Assembly (NCBI GenBank): GCA_037447605.1
Contig: CM074810.1
Coordinates: forward strand, 310,001-374,000
Reading direction: 5' to 3'
Length of the DNA stretch: 64,000 nucleotides
Origin: Zygnema circumcarinatum SAG 698-1b
Lineage: Eukaryota > Plantae > Zygnematophyceae
Shown here one piece after another: positions 12,828 to 24,799 of this stretch. A model generated the notes under the pieces. It did no database searches and was not told the DNA's origin. It saw nothing but the letters and a program-made list of their open reading frames with translations. Numbering within the stretch: position 1 is the first letter of the stretch; each line of letters starts with the position of its first letter. The position numbers were made by a program, and so were the translations under genes.

Positions 12828-13827
12828 TTCTGCCCTCCTCCCCCTCTGTCTCTCGCTGCTCCCCTCTCTCACTCTCTTTCTCTGTCTCCCTCCCCATCTC
12901 ACGCTGCCTCTCTCCCTCTCCCTCCCTCCCCCTCTCACTCCCCTCCTCCACTCCCTATCTGCCCCTCCCTCCTTCCCTCCCCCTCCCTCCCCCCACCTCA
13001 CTCCCTCCCTCCCTCGCCTCACCCCCTCCCTATCTGCCCCTCCTTCCCTCCCTCCCTCCCCTTCCCTCCCCCCACTTCCTCCCTCCCTCCCCCTCCTCAC
13101 CTTCTCCCTATCTGCCCCTTCCCTCCCTCCCCCTCCCTCCCACACTCCCTCCCCCCCTCCCTCCCCCCCCCCTCCCTCCTTCCCCCTCCCTCCCCCCACT
13201 CCCTCCCTCCCTCCCTCCCCCTCCTCACCTTCTCCCTATCTGCCCCTCCCTCCCTCCCTCCCCTTCCCCCAACTCCCTCGCCCCCTCCCTCCCTCCCTCC
13301 CTCCCTCCCTCCCTCCCTCCCTCCCTCCCTCCTTCCCTCCCCTCCCCTCCTCCCTATCTGCTCCTCCCTCCCTCCCTTCCTTAACCTCTCTCTCCTCCCC
13401 CAGCAATTCTCCCAAAGCTAGTCATATGCTGAGCCGTACATCGAGTAAGCCCCGTCCGCAGGGTCCCTAGGCCCTCCCACCGCTAGTCAGCCCCTCCTCG
13501 CTTTCTAGCCCGCTCCCCATGCCATGCCATGCCATGCCATGCCATGCATCAAGTGTGCGCCCCAAGTTGTGGTTGTGCAACTTGCGCCATGTCTAGAGCC
13601 TCATGTGCCCCCATGTTCTCATGTGCCACTTCGTTGTCGTGTTGCGGTTGTTGGGATGTGGGGGGGGGAATGTGCCTTTTTTAAGCAGTGCGGAGAGCTT
13701 GAGTGCGCAAATAATTGCCCTTTCGGGCCTCTCCCTTTTGTACGCGTCCGCGGGCCTCGCCCTCTGGTCGCTCGCGCAGTACTGGCGAGTCATTTGGGCC
13801 GAAATGCTGAATTCTTCGAATGCTTAA
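10547..13827 (+). CDS. PGPS1: CDP-diacylglycerol--glycerol-3-phosphate 3-phosphatidyltransferase (phosphatidylglycerophosphate synthase) with N-terminal organellar targeting extension; 7 exons
   Basis: Exons give ITLPTALTLARVAAVPALL / FILASLTDWLDGFLARR / MGNMTAFGAFLDPVADK / LMVAAALVLL...PAIAIIGRE / ITMSAVREWAASQG / AVAVSSLGKWKTATQM / GLSLLYASAGLALWSLAQY. This contains the CDP-alcohol phosphotransferase motif and the KWKTATQM box of plant PGP1/PGP2. Confidence 0.92.
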
Positions 13828-14396
13828 TTCGAATTCAAAATACGAAGTCATAATTCGAATTCAGAATTCGAATATGTTTAGCAAGTTAGAGTGGTAGGGG
13901 GGTTTAGGGTTTTGGGAGTGGGATTGGTTTTTACCTCTCGTTTGTTTTTTCCTTTTTTTCCGCTGACATTCAACTTTGTTAGTCTGTACGTTACATAAGA
14001 GTCGAGGAGGGGGGTCATGTGTACGCGTCAGTTACAGTGACAGTTACAGTTTGAAATTTGACCAATTTGTAGACGATAGGGTGGGGCGGGTACTACTGCG
14101 TTGGAAGAACTAGAATATGTACGGAAGGTATAAATTAGAAAATTATTTTGACGGCTTCAATATATTTCAGGTTTTAGGTTTCAGAGGGGATTTTCGGTTT
14201 TTCGATTTTTCGGTTTTTCTTTGTCCTTTTGGCGCATGTGTGAATTTGTACATTCCAAATTTTAAACTCATGTAAAATCTCAAATTCAATTTCAAAATGC
14301 AATTTGTCGGTGTGACTGTACGGTCGTCGTACCGTATGTAGTCCGCGAATGCGACAAAATCCGTACTGTCTTTCTTAACGCAATCGCTCTTGATAC

Positions 14397-14686
14397 GCCA
14401 CGTGGCGGCATGAGACAGCACCACGATGCCATGTGGCAAAAATGCAATAAAGACAACTTTTCAACGCATCTGGTGCCGACACGTGGCACCAAAGTCCAAT
14501 GTCTGCTCTGAACTCCGGGCAGCCATCGCAACAAATCGAACTGCCACGTGTACGTTTTCTATTGACCGACATCACAGGCAGGAGTAAAGAAGTTAATCAA
14601 CCAAAAAAACTACCGAATTACCGAGGGCTCTGTTGGGCTGAACATCCAATGGGAATGCGCCACGTGTATATATTTGCGTACGTGGC
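14397..14686. promoter_or_regulatory. Cluster of five G-box/ABRE motifs upstream of the orphan ORF
   Basis: GCCACGTGGC at 14397, GACACGTGGC at 14478, GCCACGTG at 14544 and 14659, TACGTGGC at 14679. Function is inferred only. Confidence 0.45.
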
Positions 14687-15166
14687 GGAAAATGGTTGGT
14701 CGAGTCTATTTCACAGTCGAGAAAGCCCCTCGTGGAGGCCCACTTGCAGGCCCATACATCCCCCCATGGCCATTCCATGAGCATGTATGCTCACATCCAT
14801 GCATGCTCCCTGGTGGGACATTGTCATTGGCCATTTGCCCTTCTACCACGCACCCATGCCTCCATGCATATCACATGCCATATACGCCATCCCTGGCATC
14901 CACTACATGTCATCCACTCATGCAGCTTTCACTGTTTCATGGATCCATGCAGCCTGCATGCCTCCATGCATGCCATTCATGTCAACTTTCATTATGGATC
15001 CATGCATCCATGCAGCCAGCATACATGGTCCCTATGACCGCCCCAGCGGCCCATCTCTTTCAAACCCTAAAATTGCTCCCGCCCTCTCTGTCTGCCGCCG
15101 TAGCCATCCTCCGCCATCCGAGCTCCACGTTGCAGCGCGCCTGTTTCCGCCACCTTGAACGAGTCT

Positions 15167-15958
15167 ATGGCGTCCGCTGCAAACCGGCAGCTGCAGGAGC
15201 TTGAGGACGTCTCTGAGCCCTTCCCTGCTCTGAACACTCTGCGGGGCTTAGCGCACGGAGCTCACTTTGGAGAATCAGCTGCTCCGCCTCCTCTTCCTGA
15301 TGCAGGAACTCTTCAGAAGGAATATTTCCTGCACAGTGAGGACAGGGCAATTATTGAACCTGAAGCTGTACCTGCATCTGTTGAGAAGGTAGGGCCAAAA
15401 AATAGGTCGGAGGAGCATAAGACTGAGGACATGGACGAGAGAAAGTCAGAAATTCCTTTGAACTCAGCTTCGAATCTGAATTTGAAGGAAGATTTGAATC
15501 CAACGGAGAATTCTGAAAGGCAGTTCAGACTTCCGGCAACTGGAGAGGTCGAAGCTGCAATATCTGCAGCCGCAACGGAGACAAGCAATAATAATTTTCG
15601 AAACGCGGAACTGTCAACGGATTTGCCACATGTGAAAGCTGTAGTGGTAGAGCGTGTTCTTAAGGTTTCTGAGCTGCAGGAATCCGTGACTGCCAACGGA
15701 AGTCTTGCAGGAAACTTGGTGGAAATTTCTTCTGCTTGTGTTGTGGATACATATGTGGCAGAAAATTTCAACGGTTACAGTCCAATTGCAGAAAATTCGT
15801 CGCATGGAGACAGTAGGGAATTACGGAACAGTGGCTTGGATGCGTCAGGCTCTGCAATGGAGGACACGGAATTGTTGAAGCCATCAAAGTCTACGAGGGA
15901 GGGCTTGGGGTCGGCCATGGCTGCTGTGAGGGCGGTTCTGCCGGATGAAGATTTATGA
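15167..15958 (+). CDS. Single-exon acidic, probably disordered hypothetical protein (~263 aa)
   Basis: Uninterrupted ORF in non-repetitive sequence, ATG in tctATGg context, rich in E/S/A/N. No family recognised. Confidence 0.55.
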   Translation: MASAANRQLQELEDVSEPFPALNTLRGLAHGAHFGESAAPPPLPDAGTLQKEYFLHSEDRAIIEPEAVPASVEKVGPKNRSEEHKTEDMDERKSEIPLNSASNLNLKEDLNPTENSERQFRLPATGEVEAAISAAATETSNNNFRNAELSTDLPHVKAVVVERVLKVSELQESVTANGSLAGNLVEISSACVVDTYVAENFNGYSPIAENSSHGDSRELRNSGLDASGSAMEDTELLKPSKSTREGLGSAMAAVRAVLPDEDL

Positions 15959-16506
15959 CTCTGATGCACTCAACTTTGATAAAGTCACAAGGCACCAGCG
16001 TAGTGTCAACTCACGCAATAAAGAAAATATGTCATACCTACCTACCTATAGAGCTTCACTTTTCGAAGTTCGCTGCTTGTTGTATCCTGCAATGCAATGC
16101 AGTGGTTCCAATGAACTGGCAGGGCACAGTAGTCTGTCCCTGAGGCTGTTTCTGAAGGGTTTTAAAATTTGGGCTTTTGGGCGGAACTGAGCCATTCACA
16201 CTTCAACAACGTTGTTTTGGCACCGCGTTGACCTTCACTTTCTATCCAGCATTTGTTTGCACGACCTTCAGCATGGCACGTCGGCTTGCTCGCATGCCAT
16301 GTGTAGTTCATGCCCATGTTGTTGTTGCACATGGATGTTGGCTGCTTGCATGCACCCATGCCGCCCGTCATGATCACAATGTCTTCACATTCTTCCAATT
16401 TGTGTACGTGGATCAGGTTGCATGCTCATGCGTATGCCTGTGTGTGTGTGTGCACATGCATGCATTGATCTCATAAAGGCGAAGCCATCCAATGTCCATG
16501 GACATA

Positions 16507-17096
16507 ACAACAACAACATGGTTGGAGAACCATGCATGTCCATGTGCCCATGTGTCCTCTCATGTTGAAGATGTTATGGAGCACAATCTCCGCCAAAGCG
16601 TACTTGAGCAAGTGTGTGCGCATAGTGACGCATATAACCAATAAAAGCCCCCGCCAGAGAACTGCCTCTCAAGCGTGCGCCTACCCGATCCAGCGGCCAC
16701 ACCGCACAGCGCACGCGTTCGAATGTCGTGTGAGCGCGCGCATCCATACGCCACCCCGGAGAGCGCTCCCGTCCGTCCGATCGTCCACTTCGACGGCCGC
16801 GATGCGCTCCGTGGTGTTTGGAACGCGTGGAGATTTCAGGATCTGGATAGCGCCTGGTAAGCCCACACAGACGCTGCCAGCGCGCCACGTGTCTACCCAA
16901 GCGTCGCACGGCATCCACTGATCGCTGAGCCGTGCGACGTGCGTGCGATGGTTTAGAGTCCGTGCGACGCTCGTGCGGCGCCAAGCGACGCGACTGCGAC
17001 CCGTGCGACTATAGTGCGACGATCCCGCGACCTCCATGCGACGCGTGTGCGACGGTCCTGCAGGCTCCTTTTGAGGGCCTCGGGAGTACAGTACAG
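16507..17096 (+). repeat. ~590-bp dispersed module, inverted homolog of 57489-58080; ends in a (GTGCGAC)-type tandem motif
   Basis: Reverse complement aligns by eye, with the shared core GATGCGCTCCG..GTTTGGAACGCGTGGAGATTTCAGGATCTGG. Homologous spurious ORFs occur at 16681-17037(-) and 57673-58143(+). Confidence 0.85.
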
Positions 17097-17130
17097 TAGT
17101 TCACAGATCGGACCATTAGACAAACCAGTC

Positions 17131-17780
17131 GACTGGTTGGCAACCAGTGGTTGCGGACCGAAACAACCATTCGACTGGTTGCCAACCAGTGCCGCCGGAT
17201 CGAAACAACCATTCGACTGGTTTGGAACCAGTGGCGCAGGACTGAAACAACCATTCGACTGGTTCGGAACCAGTGATCCAATGGTTGGCAACCATTGAAT
17301 TTCTGAAATTATGCCTTTTTGCAAAAATGGGTCGTATGTGTTTTTTGGTGGGTTGCCAACCGTTGACAACTAGTGTAACAAGCCTGATGCGTACAGATGC
17401 GTACGGATTCGTACAGCCGAGTTGTACGATTATACGGAGATTCTGTACGGCCGAACCGTAATAGTTTTCTCCGAAACGCCGACGGCATTTTGGTAACTGT
17501 AGCGTTCAGTTCGCTACAACTAGTGATTTAATGGTTGCCAACCATTTGATTTAATGGATATAACCATTCGACTGGTTGCCAACCAGTGCCGCCAGATCGA
17601 AACAAACATTCGACTGGTTGCCAACCAGTGGTTGCGGACCGAAACAACCATTTCACTGGTTGCCAACCAGTGGCATCCACTGGTTCCAAACCAGTCGACT
17701 GGTTGCCAACCAGTGGTTGCGGACCGAAACAACCATTCGACTGGTTGCCAACCAGTAGACGTCCAACCATTGCCATCCAA
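17131..17780. repeat. Two arrays of a 42-bp unit headed by the palindrome ACTGGTTG(G/C)CAACCAGT
   Basis: Unit heads at 17131, 17173, 17215, 17257 and at 17570, 17612, 17654, (17679), 17697, 17739. Inter-head sequence is conserved (ggttgcggaccgaaacaaccattc). Confidence 0.9.
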
Positions 17781-18353
17781 TGGTTGTCCAATGGTTGCCG
17801 ATCCACTGGTCCGAACTGTGATGCCTTTACCATTTGGTCGGCAACCGGACCGGGGTGAGAGTACCAGGACGAAGTACAGTACGCCCTAAGTACACCTCCC
17901 ATGGATGACTGTAGCGTTTCACTACAGGGAGACTCCGTTCGAAAATTTACATTTTAAAAAATCTGCAACTGAGACATATTAAAATAGCAGTGGACATTGC
18001 ATGCACACAATGAGAATGGAAAAACAAATGACACAAAAGAAAAGTGTCTATTCAATGAGTTGCTTATACAATGTCCTAAGTTTGCCAATGCGGCGAGAGT
18101 TAAGCGACAAAAAAGTAACTGGCAGCATACGTCTAAGCCTGAGTAACGGGCGATTAGGTGTACGGCACCTGGATGTAAAAGAGAAGATTTCTTAAAAGCT
18201 AGCTACCAAAAAATATATACGACAACATAAGAATGTCTTATTTTCAATAAGACCTGCTAGCGTGCGTTGCCCTAACTCCAATTTCCAATTTGTATGTACA
18301 AATGTTCTGCCGCGCAGAGGACCGGCCCCCTTCGACGGCATTCTTTCTGGCCA

Positions 18354-21300
18354 CTAAGATTCCTGCAGTTCGTATCGATCGTATATGTAGTCCGCTGAGT
18401 GCGGGTCTGCGAGCTCCCTGTCGATAGTCTCCAACACATCCAAGTTCGTGTGCGGTTGGTCCGCAGGGAGAGACCTGAAGACATTCACAAAGCTTCCATC
18501 CGCGATCTCATCGTACAGGCCGTGGCCAGCGCACACCCCTGAAGGGTTGCCGTTTCCGGGCCACACCACGCCGGGATGGACTGTGCCCGCATCCAAAATG
18601 TTGGTGAGGCTACCAAAGTCGGGGTACACTTTCGGGTCGTGGCTGGGAAATGTGAAGCCCGTCTCGTTCCAGGGCCTGTCGGGGAAGCGCAGGCGCCACG
18701 AGACAATGAGGCGGTCGATGTTGGTGTGGATGGGGTAGAACAACGGATCAAGGGCAGCCACAGCGTTGTCTGCATTGTTGCACAACACAACGAACAATTC
18801 ACACAGCCACAAAAGAAATAAGGTTGCGGGTTAAGACATTCACTTTCTCTCGTCTTTTTCTTCTTCCTAACTCTAGCTCACCCTCCCAATCCCTCTCCAC
18901 CCCCTCTCTTTCTCTCTACCCCGCTCTCACCTGTCCCTCATTGCCCGTCTCCTCCTCCCTCCCTCCCTTCCTCCACGCCCTCTCCTATCTCCGTCGTCCA
19001 CTTCGCCCCCTTGTCCTTGCACTCCCCTCTCTGCAAAGCCCTCACGAGAACTCGAAAAGGGAGAAGAGAAGAAGAGCCCACCGAGGTAGTCTCCCACTGT
19101 TCTCGAAACGCTGCACATGCCGTAGAGTGCGAACTCCCAGTGCTCAGAGAGAGCATCGGTAACCTTCAGATTCAACCTATGGGCCAACCGGGTGATGGCG
19201 TTCTCAGGCAAGCACATCGGCGTTTCCTGAACACGCGAGACAAACAACATAAGGGAAGTTTGTACGAGACTTACCGAGGGAAGATTGAAGTCCTCAATTC
19301 AGCATTCAAGCCAAACTATTCATCGACAGTAAGAGTGATGAGGTCGACCCATTTTTACGGTCCAATGGTAGCTTACTTTTGCACTTCTCATTTTGGAATA
19401 TGAGCTTTTTGGCTCCATAATTTTCGGCATGACACATGCACCTTAAAAGTTGAACGGAAAACTCCGAGATCTGCTACAGTTAGTTTATTTGTCTCATAAT
19501 GATCTAACCCTCTCGCATCCGAGCAGTTCTCAACAAACATGTGCTTTGATTGCACTGTAAGGAAAGAAAGAATGTCCATTTCTTGCATTTATTTCCTGTC
19601 TTCTGGAATAAGTACTCACAATGTCACATCGGCAGCCGCAGTCCTGCAACGGTTGATCCAAAGTGCAGCGTTTGTCGCATACAATGCATCCCTCTCTCAC
19701 GCCCTGACTCCGATACGACCCGCCGACCGTTACGGCCGAAGTAAAGGCGGTCTCGCAGTCGTCGAGAGTTTCGAAAGCGGAGCAGTTCAGCTCGCCGACG
19801 ACATCTTCGAACTTTGGAACACCGTACGAGCCGCCGATGCATGCATGATAAAAAGGATGCGTGTCTGCACAGTGAGAGGTCCACCAGTTACCATCCAAAA
19901 GTGGCAACGCTCCTCCAAAACAAAAACCAAAGTCTTTACAGAAACAGCTGCGTGTTCAATTGCGGAATTTATGCAATCCTTCGACTCCAAAAGTAGACAT
20001 GGATGGAGTGAAGTGCTGCTTACTAGAACTATCTAAGCAATTAATATAGTCGCCGAACACACTCTTCTGTGCACAAGTTTCCCAGGTTGTAATGTTTGGT
20101 GGAGTTGGCGGGGATCGAGGGCCGTATCGTGTGATGAAAGGAGCCTTGTTCACATTATCAGGTCTGCAACGCAATAAGCGCACATGATCACGATAAGGGT
20201 ACAACGGAGACAGGCTTTAGTTTCCAAATTGCGGAAGCTTGCATGGGAAAAACGGACTCAATGTCGACTGACGGAGTCGGGTAAGGTATGTGAACTTACC
20301 CTCGGAGAAAGCCATAGGCGTTTGTCGTATTGCTCGGGCCCAGTTTTCCCCACGTCAACTTTGAGAGCGCCAACGCTTCCGTGCCTGATGGAACTGTCCA
20401 GTTCGCGAACTGACCCGTAACAACTGCAAGCATGGAGATGAGATCCACGAAGCAAAATGAATGAAAAAAAACAAAAATAGCTCGACTGCACGGAGGGAGA
20501 CATGATGAAATCGGAACCGTCAAAGCACTGTTATGGTAAAAAACTTATGTTACATGAAGCAACGTACACAAAACATCTCCATGACAAGAATGGGAAAAAA
20601 CCTGTAGATGTTACCTTGATAGTCATTCTGGGGGTCCCCTGTGTAGTTTCCGTAATAGTCGTCTGAAAAGAAAAAGCTTTGCAGTGGATCCTTCTCATTC
20701 AAGTAATCCCAATACGGCATAGCGAGGCTGGGATCTATGGACTGCCCCACCACATGAAGCTGACGTTAGAAGCGCCCGCGCTATCAACACAGATACACCA
20801 CCTAACATATGAAGCATCATAATTTATTGTTATGTAAAGAAGGCATGTCGAAAGGGCCCCATGATTGGGCGAGCAATGCACCTGGAGAGAGAGCTCGAAC
20901 ATGCGCAGAAAAGCGCGGTGAAAGGTGACGAAGGCGGGCCCGTGATGGGCGAAATCGCACTCTGATGCCTTCACCCACACGGCCGCGGTGTGGAGTGCCG
21001 CCATCTCCATGTAGCTGCAGAACCTGCGCGGAAACAACGCGGGGAGCGGCATTGTCTTAGGGTGGCGCTTCTCCAAATGACAATTTTCCTCAGAGAAAGT
21101 CCCAAGGAGGAGCCGCTGTGGGAGAGCAGGAAGGGGGAAGGAGGTCAACCGAGATATGGACAGATATGATATATGATATATGATGGATGACAGATATGGA
21201 TAGATATGGACAGATGGGGGACAGGGTTGCAAAAATAAGGAAGAAAAATCGTGGAAAGAGAGGGAGGGAGGGAGGGAGGGAGGGAGGGAGGGAGGGAGGG

Positions 21301-22471
21301 AGGGGCGGGATGGTACGCCTGAAAGGGGAATACCTCGGGCCAAATATGGCCTGGCCTCTTTCTGTGGTGTGGTTCCGCATCACTTTGATGGCTGAAAAGT
21401 ATTTCTCCAACTCGGTTTTGTCAAGAGAGCGTATGCTCCTGCGGACGTAGCTGACACGCACAGACACGAGGAAGGTCTGGCAACAAGGTGGAAAACATGA
21501 ACACAAAATAAAAAGTCATCAGAATATATCGAATGGTCCAAAATCGCGTTAACAAGGTCACGAAGCATGTGCTCCCAGCACTTAAGGAGTTTCGAGAACC
21601 CAACCCCTTTGTGGGAATTCTTTGGGAAGTAGGTTCGACCCACCGCCGTGCTTGCGCCCGTCGAGCAGTCTTCAGAGGAGTCGGCGGAGATCGGGCAGGC
21701 GGAAACTTTGAGCAGCTGCTGACCGGGCTCGTAGAACGTGATGTTTCCTTGGCGCCCAAAAATTTGTTGTCCCTTGGGCCCCTCTGCGTGGAGGAGCCAC
21801 CCCTCTGAAATGTTGCGGTTTTGCTTGAAGAGGCTGAACGCTGCGGGGTCCAAAAACGAAGGAGAAAGGAGCCCTTACTCAGCATGTGCCCATATGGAGG
21901 AAGTCAGCACTGGTCTCCAAAGCTCCTCCTTTTCAGAGGAACTTTTCAGAAGAAAGAGAGGAGGAGGGTCCATAGTGAGAGCGCTCACAGAAGGCGGTAG
22001 GTTTGTGGGGCTCCGCGAACACGCCCAAGTGCGCAAAAGCTGTGGCGGTCGCCACTTCCAACTCCACACCCGACGCGTCAAAGATCGCCAAACCGCCTCC
22101 GCCATGGCTTGCCTGCACAGCGCACCCTCCTCACAGTACGCGGAATAAATTCAGGCCTCACCCTTTTTTAGGTGTTTTAGGGTTTTAAGGGTTTAGGGTC
22201 TAGCAACAGAAAGCTACTCGGCATCGAAGAATCAATAAAAAAAGAACACCTTTGTGGATCACTACTCTGCATTGACGCAAAGCCGCAAGAGGAGCACCTG
22301 CTGTGAGAGCGCGCTCTCCCTCTCAAGGCCCTCTCCCTCTAGGGAGGGAGAGAAGCGGGTCGGGTGAGTAGGCTTGGCGGAGGGCAGGCGGAGCGCATGT
22401 GCGTGCATGCCGCCGAAGTATGCGGCGCCGCAGAGCGTGAGGAACAGTGCCAGCCATGGCCTCCGCGCCAT
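18354..22471 (-). CDS. Secreted tyrosinase-like type-3 dicopper protein, about 13 exons
   Basis: Signal-peptide-like MARRPWLALFLTLCGAAYFGG. YVRRSIRSL box. CuA: LHTAAVW...CDFAHHGPAFVTFHRAFLRMFELSLQ/SIDPSLAMPYWDY. CuB: THPFYHACIGG...GDYL/DNAVAALDPLFYPIHTNIDRL. Several N-glycosylation sequons. Exon structure at 19230-19440 is tentative. Confidence 0.85.
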
Positions 22472-22912
22472 CCTGCACCGCCTCGCCTCGCCACCAGGAG
22501 GAGGAGAAGGTTTGAGAACAGGAATACCCCTTTACGTCGTCTTCTTACCTCTTTCTTTCTGTACTTATTGGTCCTTCTTGACCTCTCCGTCAAATGCAAT
22601 AATTCCAAACGTCCATTCGAGGAATGTTTCCATTTTTCATCAGTGGTGGCATCTCTCATTGTTTAGACATACCTTATTTGAATCATCCCTGTTCCTTTTC
22701 CTGCGCCCCGACTTTCCACTCCGTTACCTCTTCTACTCCCCACACTCTCCAGATCTCACTTGTATTCTGATTCTTTTTTCACTCTCCCCTCTTAGCACTC
22801 ACTCAATGCCCTTCTCTCTCCCGCCGAACGTCCGTCGCCCTCTCACCTCTCCCAACCTCACTCTATTTTATAGCTTCTCTCCTCTCGCCTCGCACTGGTG
22901 CGTTTTGATTTA

Positions 22913-23907
22913 GGGTAGTGTTATTTCCACCCCTTTTTTGGGTCAAAACACCCCTTCCCGGCCGGGCAGATTTCCAAAAGGATTAAAAACGGAAAATGCT
23001 TTTTTCACACCTTTTTGGAATCGACATCCACCTTCTTCCGTCGGCAGATTTTATTTTTGCTAAACAAGGAAAATGATATCCCGTCACTCCATTTTGAATA
23101 TCCCGCCTCCCTGAATTTTTTTTTGAGGGAAAAAAATATCGGCCTGCCCGAATCCGCTCGGAGCGGAAGATCCGTCCGCCAAGAGATCGTTCGCGGGTGT
23201 CCGCCCTTCACACGTGCGTATCAATCGCAGCTGTCAATTCCCTCGCAGATCGCACCATGGCAGATCACCGTTCGATCTGCAGCCGGGCTCGATCCCAGCG
23301 AATGACAAGCGCCCACGTGTTCCGTCAAAGCCGTCTCGCACGTGCGAGCGCGCACGTCCCTCGGCCCGAGATCTCGCCACTGTCAGCTGCTCGCCAATCA
23401 ACATTTGCCACGTGTTATACCATTGACGTGGCGAATTGTGATTGGCACATGTTCTCAATTTGTTATGAAATTTTGCGTTTCCTCGAAATTGAGACCGTAT
23501 GACGTTTGTAAGGACCCACTTTTGAGACGGCTTTGGCGGGATACGAATCAGATGGTGATCTGCCGTGTTGATATCTGCGAGTGAATCGACGGCTGCGATT
23601 GACCACACTTGTGAAGGACGGACACCCGCGAACGATCTCTTGGCGGACGGATCTCCGCTCCGAGCGGATTCGGGCAGGCCGATATTTTTTTCCCTCAAAA
23701 AAAAATTCAGGGAGGCGGGATATTCAAAATGGGGTGACGGGGTATCATTTTCCTTGTTTAGCAAAAATAAAATCTGCCGACGGAAGAAGGTGGATATGAT
23801 TCCAAAAGGGTGTGAAAAATGCATTTTCCGTTTTTAATCCTTTTAGAAATCTGCCCGGCCGGGAAGGGGTGTTTTGACCCAAAAAAGGGGTGGAAATAAC
23901 ACTACTC
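22913..23907. mobile_element. 995-bp non-autonomous foldback DNA transposon (MITE/MULE-like) with ~360-bp terminal inverted repeats and an 8-bp target-site duplication
   Basis: 22913-~23275 is the reverse complement of ~23540-23907 (GGGTAGTGTTATTTCCACC...GGTGGAAATAACACTACTC). Flanks are TTGATTTA (22905-22912) and TTGACTTA (23908-23915), a 7/8 match. No transposase. Confidence 0.85.
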
Positions 23908-24799
23908 TTGACTTATTGCAACCGAATGCGGCCAAACAGCGCCGCAGGGTTACGTGGCGTCTAAGGATTGGTCCTTCCCATCCTTTTGAAATACGGCATG
24001 AACGGTCCGTGGTCGGTCGGCCCATAGGTATTTTGGCCGCTTTTGATTGTGGAGGGCTGATCCCGCCACGTGGCAGCCCTACTGGCCCATTTTCGGCCGC
24101 TTATCCTGAGCCGAGTCGCTGACTCTATGTTTTGTTGTTTTCTGGTCGTAAGGACGGCGTGGCGAGTGCTGATTGGACCGCGACGTGGCGGCGCGTGCGG
24201 AGGGGCCTTGCGGCGACACGACAGCGTGTGAACCGTACAATACTAACGGTACAGTAAAAGGGCCCTCATATTTTCCACCCTCGTAATTGCGTTTCCCAAG
24301 AAATTCGTCCTGATTTTGCCGAAACCACTTTTTTGTACGGTAAGTCTAAGTTAGCCGTACCAATCGTACATGCCGTACTATCCGTATTAGCCGTACTAGC
24401 TGTACTGTACTACAGTAGCCGTTTCGGGATTCAGCAAAACTCACCGAATCTTCCGGGAAGATTCTTCCCGCTCGTGCCGCCGTAAGAGGCGCTCGCTCCT
24501 CTCCCCTCCTTCTTGACTTCGATACGACACGATACGATATGTTACGGTACGATACGGTACGACATGGTGCGGTACTGTACGTACGAAAATACATGAACTC
24601 TAAACATAATACCGCCCGCCTATTATTGGTAACACGAACCCTATATTTGCAAATTCCAAGATTTTCGCCCCATATTTGCCAAAACCATGGCGAAAATACG
24701 AGGGCTGTCTACTGTATAAGGAATTCTGGAATTTCGTAAGCGATGGTCAAGGTCTGACTCCCCCTATTGCAGCGCAGCGGTGGTATCTGGTACAGCACA

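Noticed and set aside
13808-13876. Heat-shock-element-like TTCGAA/GAATTC cluster
   Set aside because: It overlaps the PGPS stop codon and 3' UTR, far from any identified start, and is not distinguishable from a short degenerate repeat.
17131-17780. CRISPR-like array (palindromic repeat at regular spacing)
   Set aside because: The intervening sequences are near-identical rather than unique spacers, the period is only 42 bp, there are no cas genes, and the context is a eukaryotic nucleus.
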